64,000 bases of DNA, from assembly GCA_030066775.1 (NCBI GenBank), contig JASJAY010000003.1, positions 53-64,052 of the forward strand, in the 5' to 3' direction. This document shows positions 30,623-42,371 of this stretch, one piece after another. A program made the translations under genes and the position numbers. This DNA comes from Planctomycetota bacterium (lineage in GTDB: Bacteria; Planctomycetota; PLA2; JAEUHO01). Under the pieces are notes generated by a model that was given only the letters and a program-made list of their open reading frames with translations, had not been told where the DNA came from and did no database searches. How positions within the stretch are numbered: position 1 is the first letter of the stretch; every line of letters starts with the position of its first letter.

Positions 30623-30728
30623 TCCCGATTCCGCGCCTCCGGCGACCTGAAGCGTCTCGGAACGAGACGATCTGAAGGCCCTGTGAAGGCCCTCCGCGGG
30701 GCCATGGGGGGGACCTCCCCATGGGCCG

Positions 30729-33194
<2,466 letters not shown>

Positions 33195-33292
33195 GCCGCG
33201 GGCGACCGCCACGCCGGGGCGAATCGCTTTCGGCGCCGGGCCCTCCGATCGGCCTTGCGGCCGATCCGACACCGGGCTCCAATGCACCTGTC

Positions 33293-36200
33293 GTGGCACG
33301 CATCCCGTGCGTTTCCTGTGGGCAGAGGACCGACGTTCCGCGCCGGCCCGCCGACACCCGCTGTCCGAGCTGCGGCGCCTGGCTCAACGTGCTCCCGTGG
33401 CGTGAGCTGTGGGCCGCGCAGGATCTCCGCGACCGCATTCGTGCGGATCGCGAGCTCCCCGACGACTTCCGCGAGCAGCTCGAGCGGCTGCTCGAGGGCC
33501 GCATCCGGAGGATGCGCGAGGACCTCGCGACCGCCGAGGCGCTCGCGCGCGCGGCGCGCCCCGAGCCGCCGCCCGCCGCAGCGGTCCCGCCACCGCCCAC
33601 GCCGGCGTCGCTGCCCCCGCCGCTCGAGCCGACGGCACCGATCGAGCCGGTGCCGCTCGAGGCACCCGAGCCGCACGATGCGCCCACGCCCGCCCCGACC
33701 CCGGCGCGGCCGCGTGCGCCCACGGTCTGGCAGCGGTTGGGGCCGGCGTTCGCCGAGAACCTCGGGTTCGGGCTGGCGGCCTTCCTGATCGTGGCGGGGG
33801 CCGTCTACTTCACGACCACGGCGTGGACGACGATGTCGGGCGCGCAGCGCTTGATGGTCGTCGCCGGCGGCCTCGTACTCCTGGGCGGGGTGCTGTTCGC
33901 GGCGGCGCGCTTGCTCAACCGCGCCGGCAACCTGCCCGAGGTCGAGCGCACGCTGCTGCTGATCGTCGCGTTCCTCATCCCGATCGCCGCCATCCCCGCC
34001 GGCACGCTGTTCCCGCTCTCGACCTGGCGCGCCCTGCTCGCGACCGGCATCGTCTTCGGCGGCGGGTGGTTCGCGGCCCGGCACCTGGCCCGCGTACTCG
34101 GCGATGCGCACGCCACGTTCCTGCCCTCGGCCCTCATCGCGCTCTCGGCGCTCTCGCTCCTCGGCGGCGCCATGCCGCCCGCCGCGCCCGTCGTCTCGGC
34201 GCTGATCATCGCGCTGTTCTTGATCGGCGTGACGTGGCTCTATGCGCGACGCGTCGTGCCCCGGCTCGAGTCCAAGGACTGGCGCGCGCTGTGGCCCACG
34301 ATCCTCTTCGCGTTCGCCGCGGTCGTCGCCGTCGGTCGGCTCGCGATCGCCGGCCGCGCCACGTGGTCGATGGGGACGTCGCTGTCGACGCTGGGCATCG
34401 TCATCGCGGCGCTCGGGGGCGCCGTCGTCACCTGCGAACCCGCGCTGTACGCACGCCGCCTTCTCGGACGCCGGCGCTCCGCGGTCCTGCTCGTCGTGGC
34501 CATGGCCCTCGGCATCACCGGCACGCTCATGGCGCTCGGCGACGACGTCGGGCTCTTGGTCGCGTCGCTGCTCGGTGCGTACGCGTGTCTGCGCGCCGGC
34601 TTCGCGCTGCCGGTTCCGTGGTTCGCCTTGCCTGGCCTCGTCCTGTCGGCGTTGGCCTACCTCAAGTCGCCTGCGCCCATCCGCGCCGCAGCCTTGCAGC
34701 TTCGCGATCAGGCCGCCGACGCCCTCGGCTACGCGGACCGGCCCATGCCGCTCGCCTGGTACGGCATGACCTTCCTGCCGTACGTGTTCCTCTGCGCGTG
34801 CGCGGGATGGATCCTGCTGCGCCGGGACGAGGCGGCGAAGGCGCGCGTGCTGCTCGCGTGGTCGTTCGTCGCGGCCGTGGGGCTCTCGGCCCTCGCCCTG
34901 TTCGCCAGCGGGGATCCCGTCTTCAGCGATCTGCGTGCCCCGGCTGCGGTGTTCGCTGCGCAGGGCGGGCTGCTGTTGGCCATGGGCGTGGCGCTGCGCG
35001 GCCGCTGGTTCACGTTCGGCGGCGCGGCGGGCGTCATCGCGGGACTCGCGTGCGCCGTGCTGCACTACCGGCCCAGCGCGCCGATCGCGGTGCTCGCGCT
35101 CGCTGCGCTGGGCGTGGTCGCGCTCGGCGCCTGCGCCCGCCTCGCCCGTGAGGGGACCGAGGCGCACACCGCCGTGCGGGCCGGCCTCATCGACGCCACC
35201 GCCTTGCTCACGCTCGTGCTCGTCGTCGTCGCGACGGTCGACGCCCTCACGCTGGCACCGGCCCCGGCCTGGCATGCCCTCGGCCACGTTCTCCTGACCG
35301 TGCTCGTTGCGGCCGTCGCCTTCTCCGTGCGTCGCCCGGAAGGCGTCGCGCTCGCCGGCGTCGCCCTCGGCGCAGCCGGCGTGCGTCTCGTCGCGGGCCT
35401 CGCGCCCGACGCCGGTGGCGATGTCTACTTCCTCGTCCTCGCGCTCGTGTCGGGGGCCGTGCTCCTGGCGCCGCGCGTCGAGCGGTTGCTCCCGGAGGCC
35501 TTGCGGCACCCGCTGCCCGCGGCGCCCGCATCGCTCGGTTCGTGGACGCCCTTCGGCGCGATGGCGATCCAGGTGCTGGGACTCATCCTGCTCCTGCGCT
35601 ACCTGCCCGAACCGGGCTGGACGCTGACCCTGGCCATCGGTCTGCTCGTCGCGGCGGGGGTGCTGGCCACGGCCGCGGCCCGCGAGGCGCAGCCGTGGCC
35701 GCTCTACCCCGGCGTGTGCGAGCTCGTCGCTGCGGGCGTCGTCGCCGGAACGGCGCTCACGTCGGGGCGCTGGTACGGGACGGGAGGACTGCTCGGTACT
35801 GCCGGCTCTCTTGCCCTGGTCTGCGCGCCCTTGCTCTTCGACCGCCCCCGAGCGCTCACCGAGCGCCTGCGCGTTCCGCTGCGTCACCTGCTCCCCGTGC
35901 TCGTCACGGGGTTCGCCGTCTGGGCGTTCGGACTCGTCGTGGCGTGGTGGGCCGGGGAGGCGGCGGACCTGGACGGCTGGCGGCTGCTCGTCGCGGCGCT
36001 GGCCGTTGCGCTCGTCGTGCGCGCCACGCTCGTGCGGCACCTGCGCTCGCACGCGGTTCGCGCGGCGACGCTGTACGCGGGCACGCTCTTCGCGCCCGCG
36101 GCGGCCGGGCCGCTCATCGCGCGCCATCCGGTCGCGACGCACACGTGGGCGCTTGCGTGCCTCGCCGCGGCAGCCGTCACATGGGTCTGGGCCGGCCGGG

Positions 36201-38272
36201 ATCGGCGCATCCGGCCGCCGGCGGTGCTGCACCTCGTGCTGGCGCTCGCGTTCGCCACGTGGTCATCGGCCATGGGGACGGGGGATCCCTACGTCCTGCT
36301 CGGCGCCTTCCTGCTCTGCGCCGGCGGTGGCTGGGTCACCGCGCGGCGCGTACCGGTCCTCGGCTGGTGCCTGCTCCTCGTTGCGCTGCTGCTCGGGATC
36401 TCGATGCCGCTTTGCGCGCGCATCCTCCACGTGGAGCTCACGTACCAGCCGGCGGTCTGGCTCCTCTTCGCGGCCGCGGCGTACGCCGCGCTGGCCGTGC
36501 GCGGCCTGGGCGTCGACGCGCGGGCGGTGCGCATCGTCGCGGATCCGATCCTCTCGCTCGGCGTGATCGGCGCGCTCATGCACGCGGTCCACGTGACCGT
36601 GCTCGAGCCGACGACCGCGCGCGTCGGTGAGGGGTTGCCGATCACCGTCGCGGGATTGCGCGTCGCGGAGGGGGCGCTCGGTCTGGCGGCCCTGGCGCGC
36701 AGCCTGACCCTGCCGTTCCCCGCCTTGGGGCGGCGCACGCTGGCGCTCTTCATCATCGGCATCGTCACCTTCGCGTTCGCGCCGGTGAACATGGCGATCC
36801 ACGGCAGCGATGCCTGGTTCTGGCGGCCGGATGTCGAGCTGGCGCTCATCGCCGTCCTCCTCGCCGCCATCATGCGGCGCGCGGAGCACCCGCGCTTCGA
36901 GGATGGGTCCGGTCGGCTCGGGCAGCGAACGCAGTGGCCGATCCTCTTGGCGCTCGTCGGTGTCGGCCTCACCGTGGCCGAGCTACGCGACCTCAGCACG
37001 CCGCTCACGGTGCTCGGCTTCACCGCCGCGCTCACGATCCTCGTCGTGCGCGATCGCGGGCCGCGTCTCGGGACGCTGGCGGCTGCCGGCACGTTGGCGA
37101 CGGCGTTGGCCTTCGCGTCCTGGTGGCGGCCCATGCCCGGCACGATCCACGAGGGCATTCTGCTCCTCTACGCCGCCGTGTGTGCGCTGGTCGCGCCCCT
37201 GCTCGGGCTGACCGCCCGGCGTCTCACGACCGAGGGCAATCCGCCCTGGCGGGTCCGCACCGGTCGCGAGGTCTACCCCGTGGCGGTCCTCGCCGCGTGC
37301 TTGACCTTCGCATTCGTGATCGCCGACGTCGGGGCCAACGCGGGGCGGCAGGCGTCGGCGCTCGAGGTCGCCCTCGCCGTCATCGGCCTCCTTGCCCCTG
37401 GCCTCGCCGCGGCCTGGGGCGCGCTGCGTGCAAGTCGCCCGCGACTCGTGCACGTCGCGCTGGGCGCGGGCCTCCTCCTCTACACGTTCTTGGTGCAGCG
37501 CACGGCCTCCCTCGACCTGTTCGACGGCTATCACCTGCACGTGCTGACCGCGATCGGGTCGTCGCTCCTGTTCGTCGCCGACCGCCGATCGTCCGCCCTC
37601 GCGCGCCTGCTCGCCATCGACGGAACGCTGCTCGCCGTGCCGGCGGCGGCGCGGTATGCCCCCGCAGCCGTCGGGCTCATGCCCCACGTCGACGGCACGG
37701 CGTCCGCGCTCGCGCTGGCCGCCGTGGCGTCGGCCGCTGCCGCGAAGCGGTTGGCGCTGCCGGCGCTCTACGCTGCCGCCGCCGTGCTCGTGAACCTGAT
37801 GCTGTACTCGTTCTGGCGGCAGAACGGGCTCGTCGACCCGGCGTTCTACGGCATCCCGCCCGGCCTCACGCTGCTCGCCGCCGCGATGCTCCTGCGCGGA
37901 CGCATCTCCTCCCCGGCGCGGCTCGCCCTCGTCGTCCCGGGCCTGGCGCTGCTCTACGGGTCGGTCGCCATCCAGGTCGTGCGCGCGGACGAGCCGGTGC
38001 ACGCGCTGCTGCTCTTCGGCCTCGGGTTCCTCACCGTCGTGCTCGGCTTCTGGGCCCGGCGCAACGCGTGGATGGTGGTCGGCGTCGTCGTCATCGTGCT
38101 CGACGTCGTGACCTATCTCCTCGTACACGGCTTCGAGACGGGGTTCTTCGGGGCGGCGCTCCTCATCGTCGCGGGCCTGGTCGTGATGGCGGTCGCGGCG
38201 ATCACCACCACGCGGCGTCGCCGACAGGCGGCCGCCGATGCCGACGATGCCGAGGGGGCGCGGGATGCTTGA
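33293..38272 (+). CDS. Giant (1659 aa) polytopic membrane protein with N-terminal zinc-ribbon
   Basis: One uninterrupted frame has a GTG start. The N-terminus reads CVSCGQ...CPSCGAW. A Pro-rich linker follows, then more than 40 predicted TM helices with Ala/Leu/Gly-rich composition and no recognisable catalytic motif. The stop overlaps the start of the next gene (ATGCTTGA). Confidence 0.6.
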   Translation: MARIPCVSCGQRTDVPRRPADTRCPSCGAWLNVLPWRELWAAQDLRDRIRADRELPDDFREQLERLLEGRIRRMREDLATAEALARAARPEPPPAAAVPPPPTPASLPPPLEPTAPIEPVPLEAPEPHDAPTPAPTPARPRAPTVWQRLGPAFAENLGFGLAAFLIVAGAVYFTTTAWTTMSGAQRLMVVAGGLVLLGGVLFAAARLLNRAGNLPEVERTLLLIVAFLIPIAAIPAGTLFPLSTWRALLATGIVFGGGWFAARHLARVLGDAHATFLPSALIALSALSLLGGAMPPAAPVVSALIIALFLIGVTWLYARRVVPRLESKDWRALWPTILFAFAAVVAVGRLAIAGRATWSMGTSLSTLGIVIAALGGAVVTCEPALYARRLLGRRRSAVLLVVAMALGITGTLMALGDDVGLLVASLLGAYACLRAGFALPVPWFALPGLVLSALAYLKSPAPIRAAALQLRDQAADALGYADRPMPLAWYGMTFLPYVFLCACAGWILLRRDEAAKARVLLAWSFVAAVGLSALALFASGDPVFSDLRAPAAVFAAQGGLLLAMGVALRGRWFTFGGAAGVIAGLACAVLHYRPSAPIAVLALAALGVVALGACARLAREGTEAHTAVRAGLIDATALLTLVLVVVATVDALTLAPAPAWHALGHVLLTVLVAAVAFSVRRPEGVALAGVALGAAGVRLVAGLAPDAGGDVYFLVLALVSGAVLLAPRVERLLPEALRHPLPAAPASLGSWTPFGAMAIQVLGLILLLRYLPEPGWTLTLAIGLLVAAGVLATAAAREAQPWPLYPGVCELVAAGVVAGTALTSGRWYGTGGLLGTAGSLALVCAPLLFDRPRALTERLRVPLRHLLPVLVTGFAVWAFGLVVAWWAGEAADLDGWRLLVAALAVALVVRATLVRHLRSHAVRAATLYAGTLFAPAAAGPLIARHPVATHTWALACLAAAAVTWVWAGRDRRIRPPAVLHLVLALAFATWSSAMGTGDPYVLLGAFLLCAGGGWVTARRVPVLGWCLLLVALLLGISMPLCARILHVELTYQPAVWLLFAAAAYAALAVRGLGVDARAVRIVADPILSLGVIGALMHAVHVTVLEPTTARVGEGLPITVAGLRVAEGALGLAALARSLTLPFPALGRRTLALFIIGIVTFAFAPVNMAIHGSDAWFWRPDVELALIAVLLAAIMRRAEHPRFEDGSGRLGQRTQWPILLALVGVGLTVAELRDLSTPLTVLGFTAALTILVVRDRGPRLGTLAAAGTLATALAFASWWRPMPGTIHEGILLLYAAVCALVAPLLGLTARRLTTEGNPPWRVRTGREVYPVAVLAACLTFAFVIADVGANAGRQASALEVALAVIGLLAPGLAAAWGALRASRPRLVHVALGAGLLLYTFLVQRTASLDLFDGYHLHVLTAIGSSLLFVADRRSSALARLLAIDGTLLAVPAAARYAPAAVGLMPHVDGTASALALAAVASAAAAKRLALPALYAAAAVLVNLMLYSFWRQNGLVDPAFYGIPPGLTLLAAAMLLRGRISSPARLALVVPGLALLYGSVAIQVVRADEPVHALLLFGLGFLTVVLGFWARRNAWMVVGVVVIVLDVVTYLLVHGFETGFFGAALLIVAGLVVMAVAAITTTRRRRQAAADADDAEGARDA

Positions 38273-38975
38273 GCTCCGGTGCCCGGCCTGCGAGTGCGCC
38301 AACGGCGTGACGGGTGAGGTCGACCTCGATGCCATCCGCTGCGCCGCCTGTTCCGCGGCGCTCGATCCGGACCGGTTCGTGCGCTATCGCGTAGACGGCG
38401 AGGGGCGCGCGTGGGGCAACCTGCTTCACCGCGGCCTCGTGATGCGCGCGACCCGTGGAACCCTGGATCGTGACATGCGCATCTCGGAGGAGGGCGGTCC
38501 CTGGTTCCGTGCCGGGGAGCGCCTCGACCTCTTCGCGCGCGCGCCGGGCCCCGTCACGGTGACGCCGTCGCCGCGTCCCCGAAGAGTGCGGCAACGGCAG
38601 ACGGTCCCTCCGTCGGTCGTCACGATGGCCGCGCTCGGCAAGCTGCTCGGCGTCGCACTGTTGCTTCTCGCGATGGCTGCGTTCGGCGTGAGCGCCTCGT
38701 TCGACGCCGGCGGATTGGCCGTCGGCACGTTCGTGCTCTTCGTCGGCCTGGGCGTGGGGCAGATCGCCGTGGCGAACCGTCTGCTGCAGCGCAGCGCCAC
38801 GGCGCGCAACCTGCAGCTCCTGGCCGCGACCTTCGCGGCCGTCGGCTACCTGCTCGTCGTCGCCGACGGGGCCGACGGTTTCTTCGTGCTTCTTGGCGGG
38901 GGCTTCGTCGCGATTCCGTTCCTGCTCCTCTTGCCGCAGGAGGTCCGCGCCTGGTTCGCAGGCGACGACGCCTAG
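38265..38975 (+). CDS. Small zinc-ribbon membrane protein, partner of the giant membrane protein
   Basis: It starts at MLELRCPACECANG...CAACSA, a zinc ribbon, and has 3-4 C-terminal TM helices. It is translationally coupled to the upstream gene. Confidence 0.5.
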   Translation: MLELRCPACECANGVTGEVDLDAIRCAACSAALDPDRFVRYRVDGEGRAWGNLLHRGLVMRATRGTLDRDMRISEEGGPWFRAGERLDLFARAPGPVTVTPSPRPRRVRQRQTVPPSVVTMAALGKLLGVALLLLAMAAFGVSASFDAGGLAVGTFVLFVGLGVGQIAVANRLLQRSATARNLQLLAATFAAVGYLLVVADGADGFFVLLGGGFVAIPFLLLLPQEVRAWFAGDDA

Positions 38976-39067
38976 GACATCCCGCGCGGTGACCGCTTCC
39001 GCGCGTTGGGGGGCGGCAAGGGCCTTGCTAGACTCCCGCGCCGCGCGGGACGCGCACCAGGAGCCCC

Positions 39068-40546
39068 ATGACGACCACACCGGTGATTCGTGAGTTTTCC
39101 TACTGCCTCGCCCATGTCCCGGAGCTCGTGCAGTACGGCTCGAAGCCCATGCGCGAGATCAGCCGCGATCCGTCGCTAGCCGATCGGATCGTGGCCGCGA
39201 CGCGCTCGTTCGAGGCCGCTGCCGCCTATCCGCCGAACCAGGCCTTCATCGGGCGAATCCGGCCCGAGGAACTCGCTTCGATCGAGCGGCCCTGGTTCGC
39301 GGCCGCAGCGGAGAGCGCCGAACAGGCCAACGAGATGAGCGTGGGGCCCTACGGCGAGATCGTGAGCGAAGCGCTCTTCTACTCGCTTTTGTGGCAGGCC
39401 GACATCCTCTCGCCGCCGCTGTTCGAGGTGCACGACGACGTCGCTCACCGCATGGAGAAGGTCCTGGCGGCGCACCCCGTCTTGCCGGATGCGAGCCCGC
39501 ACCGCGAGCCCTCCGAGGCGGCCGCCGCCGCGGCGCACGACCTCGAGGAGGGGCACCCGCTGCCGCTGATGTTCGACGGGCGTGAGGTGGCGTGGTTCCA
39601 CCGGGACAACCGGGCCGAGGGGCGTGAGGACGAGAACCTCATGGCCCACACCCTGCTCGAGAACCTCTGCACGAAGGCCTCGGGTGCGCTCGCGCTCTCG
39701 TGGCTCCTGCGGCGCGCCGAGCTCGAGCCGGATGCGATCGACTACGTGATCACTTGCGGCGAGGAGGCGGTGGGGGATCGCTATCAGCGCGGCGGCGGCG
39801 GCATGGCCAAGGCCATCGCCCAGATGGTCGGCTGCAGCCGCGCCAGCGGCATGGACGTGAAGAACTTCTGCGCGGCGCCGGCGAACGCCATCCTGACCGC
39901 GTGTGCCTTGGTCAAGGCGGGCCTGCACGAGCGCGTGGCCGTCGTCGGCGGCGGATCGCTGGCGAAGCTCGGCATGAAGTTCCTCTCCTTCCTCGACAAG
40001 GGCGTGCCGATCCTCGACGACTGCCTCGGTGCGATGGCCTTCCTCATCACGAAGGACGACGGCGTCAGCCCGATCGTGCGTCTGGACGAGGGCGCCGTCG
40101 GGCGCGCGCCGATCGGCGCGAGCGCCTCCGACGAGGCCGTGTACCGCAGTCTCGTGGTCGAGCCGCTGTCCGCGTTGGGGCTCACGATCCCCGACGTCGA
40201 TCGGTTTGCGCCCGAGCTGCAGAACCCCGAGATCATGGAGCACGCCGGCTCCGGCGATGTCGCGCGGAAGAACTACCGCAAGATCGCTGCGATGGCCGTC
40301 ATGTCGGGTCAGCTCGAGAAGAAGGAGATGAAGTCCTTCGTCGAGCGCGTCGGCATGTCCGGCTTCGCGCCGACCCAGGGCCACATCCCTTCCGCCGTGC
40401 CGTACCTCGGCCATGCCATCGACGCCCTGCGCAGCGGAGACATCCAGCGCGCCATGTTCGTGGGCAAGGCCAGCCTGTTCCTGGGACGCTGCACCGATCT
40501 CTTCGACGGCGTCTCCTTCTTGCTAGAACCCAACCCCGCCGCCTGA
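39068..40546 (+). CDS. grdC: Glycine/sarcosine/betaine reductase complex protein C beta-subunit-like (GrdC-like)
   Basis: 492 aa. It has a thiolase/KAS-like fold with blocks I recognise from GrdC: AAYPPNQAFIG...PWF, MAHTLLENL...YVITCGEEAVGD..QRGGG, FAPTQGHIPSAVPYLGHA and LFLGRCTDLFDGVSFLLE. It lies directly upstream of grdA. Confidence 0.6.
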   Translation: MTTTPVIREFSYCLAHVPELVQYGSKPMREISRDPSLADRIVAATRSFEAAAAYPPNQAFIGRIRPEELASIERPWFAAAAESAEQANEMSVGPYGEIVSEALFYSLLWQADILSPPLFEVHDDVAHRMEKVLAAHPVLPDASPHREPSEAAAAAAHDLEEGHPLPLMFDGREVAWFHRDNRAEGREDENLMAHTLLENLCTKASGALALSWLLRRAELEPDAIDYVITCGEEAVGDRYQRGGGGMAKAIAQMVGCSRASGMDVKNFCAAPANAILTACALVKAGLHERVAVVGGGSLAKLGMKFLSFLDKGVPILDDCLGAMAFLITKDDGVSPIVRLDEGAVGRAPIGASASDEAVYRSLVVEPLSALGLTIPDVDRFAPELQNPEIMEHAGSGDVARKNYRKIAAMAVMSGQLEKKEMKSFVERVGMSGFAPTQGHIPSAVPYLGHAIDALRSGDIQRAMFVGKASLFLGRCTDLFDGVSFLLEPNPAA

Positions 40547-40558
40547 CCAGGAGCACCC

Positions 40559-41023
40559 ATGTCGGACACCATCAAGGGCTTGAAGGCCATTGTCTTCGGG
40601 GAGCGCGACGACGTCGCCGGTCCCGCCATTCGCGCGTGCCTGGAGGCCGCGGGGGCGGAGATCGTCCACGAGAACACCGCCTGCTTCGTGTGAACGGCAG
40701 CCGGCGCCGCGGGTCTCGCGGAGCAGGAAACCGTCAAGAAGATCGCCGAGACGCACGACCCGTCGTCGTTGGTCGTCGTGCTCGGTCTGAACGAGCCGGC
40801 CGCGCTCAAGATCATGGCGACGACGTACAAGCACGGGGATCCGAGCTTTGCCGGCGTGCTCGCCGGGGTCGCGCTCGGGATCCCGAGCTACCACGTCCTC
40901 GAGCTGAAGGACCAGGTGCCCGACGAGGTGTGGTCGGATCAGCTCGGCATGGTCGAGCTGGAGCTCGAAGACGAGGAAGTCGAGGCGATCACCGCTGCGA
41001 TGACCGAAGTCCGCGGTAGCTAG
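40559..41023 (+). CDS. grdA: Glycine reductase selenoprotein A (GrdA) with in-frame UGA selenocysteine codon at 40691-40693
   Basis: The frame reads MSDTIKGLKAIVFGERDDVAGPAIRACLEAAGAEIVHENTACFV-TGA-TAAGAAGL.. and continues into the track ORF 40769..41023 (..HGDPSFAGVLAGVALGI..DQLGMVELEL). This matches the GrdA consensus GPAI..C..AGAE.V..ENT.CFVUTAAGA / GDP.FAG.LAGV.LG. An SD-like caggag lies upstream. A hairpin (ccgcg-ggtct-cgcgg, 40707-40721) sits 13 nt after the UGA. Confidence 0.8.
40694..40725 (+). ncRNA. Candidate bacterial SECIS stem-loop for grdA
   Basis: There is a 13-nt spacer after the UGA, then a stem ccgcg/cgcgg with apical loop ggtct. This placement is expected for a SelB-binding element. 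Confidence 0.4.
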
Positions 41024-41037
41024 CGTTCGTTTCGAGC

Positions 41038-42369
41038 CTAGACCGGGGTCGGCTCGAACACGGTCTGGGCATCGATCGAGGTCGTGAGGGCGTCCAGCGC
41101 CCGCTCGACCAGCCGCCGCCGCAGCGCCCGCTCGTCGTCCGCGGACAGCGACGGGTCGCCCAGGGGGTGCGGGATCGCGATCGACGGCACGATGCGGTTG
41201 GCACCGACTGTCTTCGAGATCGGGACGATCGAACAGACGTGAACGGTGGGGATGCCCGCCCGCTCGATCTCCTTGACCAGCGTTGCACCGCAACGCGTGC
41301 ACGTGCCTCAGGTCGACGTCAGGATCACCGCCTGGACCTGGGCCTCCTTCAGCTGCGCCGCGATCTCGGCGCCGAACTTGCGTGCGCGCTCGACCGACGT
41401 CGCGTTGCCGACCGTTGCGTAGTACGTCTCGTGCAGGTCGCCGATGCGGCCCTCGGCCACGAGCTCGCGGACGACGTCCAGCGGCAGCACGCGGTTCGGG
41501 TCCTCGAAGGCGTAGGTCGGGTCGTAGCCGCCGTGCACCGTCGTGTGCGTCTGGCTCGACAGGCGCTCGAGCCCGGTGATGTCGTAGGCGCCGAAGCGGC
41601 TGGCATCCGCCGACTCGATCCGGTCCGGGTTGCCGCGCGGCACGATGCCGCCGCTCGTGACGAACGCCACGCGGCACGACGAGAGGTCGGGCGCGGCCGG
41701 TGCCGGCGGAACGCGCTCGAAGAGGGGCATCTCGTATTCGGTCTCGAACGGCTCGCCGGCCAGCTTCTTCATCAGCATGGCCACCGCGCGCACGGCGCCG
41801 GTCTCCCCGGCGAACTCGTTCTGGCGGATCCCGCGGGTGAGCGTTCCATCGGCGCTGGGCACCAGCGGCTCGCCGGCGGCCAGCTTCTTGCCGACCCGCG
41901 CCAGACCCTCCATGGCGGCGGGCATGCCGAGCACGTCCCGACCGGCCTCGACGATCGGGACCGTCCGCCGGAATGCGTCGGCGCCGGGGTTCTCGGGATG
42001 GAGGGCGGTCACGGCAGGGAGCCCGATGCGCTCGGCCACGGCGGCGCACACCGATCCGCAGGCCAGGCCGTAGCGGCCGGCGAAGAAGGCCGGACCCGCG
42101 ACGAGCAGCGCGGGCGGTTCGTCGCCGGCGTCGATCACGCCCCGAACGAGGTCCACCACGGCGCCGACGGCCGCATCGCCGCCGTCCATCATGTGGTCGT
42201 CGCCTGCGATGATCGTCGCCACGATCTCGAGGTCCGGGTCCAGCTGCATCAGGAGGAGCCCGGGCCCCTTCGCCCCGTCGATGACGGACGGCGCGACGCC
42301 GGCCTGATCTTCTCCGCCCAGCCCACCGAAGAACTGGTTCAGGTAGTGGATGACGCGCACACGGCCCAT
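41038..42369 (-). CDS. grdB: Glycine/sarcosine/betaine reductase selenoprotein B (GrdB family) with in-frame UGA at 41308-41310 (minus strand)
   Basis: The track ORF 41308..42369 begins MGRVRVIHYLNQFFGGLGGEDQAG, the GrdB/PrdB N-terminal signature, and ends ...QAVILTST at a TGA. I translated in frame beyond the TGA and got GTCTRCGATLVKEIERAGIPTVHVCSIVPISKTVGANRIVPSIAIPHPLGD...TVFEPTPV, ending at the stop at 41038-41040. The total of about 443 aa matches GrdB size, with Sec near residue 354. Confidence 0.8.
41280..41307 (-). ncRNA. Candidate SECIS stem-loop for grdB
   Basis: On the mRNA the sequence is UGA + 11 nt (GGCACGUGCAC) + perfect 7-bp stem GCGUUGC-GGU-GCAACGC, the complement of plus 41280-41296. 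This is canonical bacterial SECIS spacing. Confidence 0.5.
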
Positions 42370-42371
42370 CG

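Noticed and set aside
30660-30725. Direct repeat tgaaggccct x2 and palindrome ccatgggg-ggacct-ccccatgg between fadL and the histidine kinase
   Set aside because: It is short, and in GC-rich intergenic DNA such repeats arise easily. The palindrome contains two NcoI-like sites. It has no terminator tail and no clear promoter context. I noted it but did not call it a feature.
33247-33266. Hairpin gatcggcc-ttgc-ggccgatc downstream of the histidine kinase stop
   Set aside because: It is a possible intrinsic terminator, but it lacks a U-tract and lies only ~30 nt before the next gene start. Evidence is too weak to annotate.
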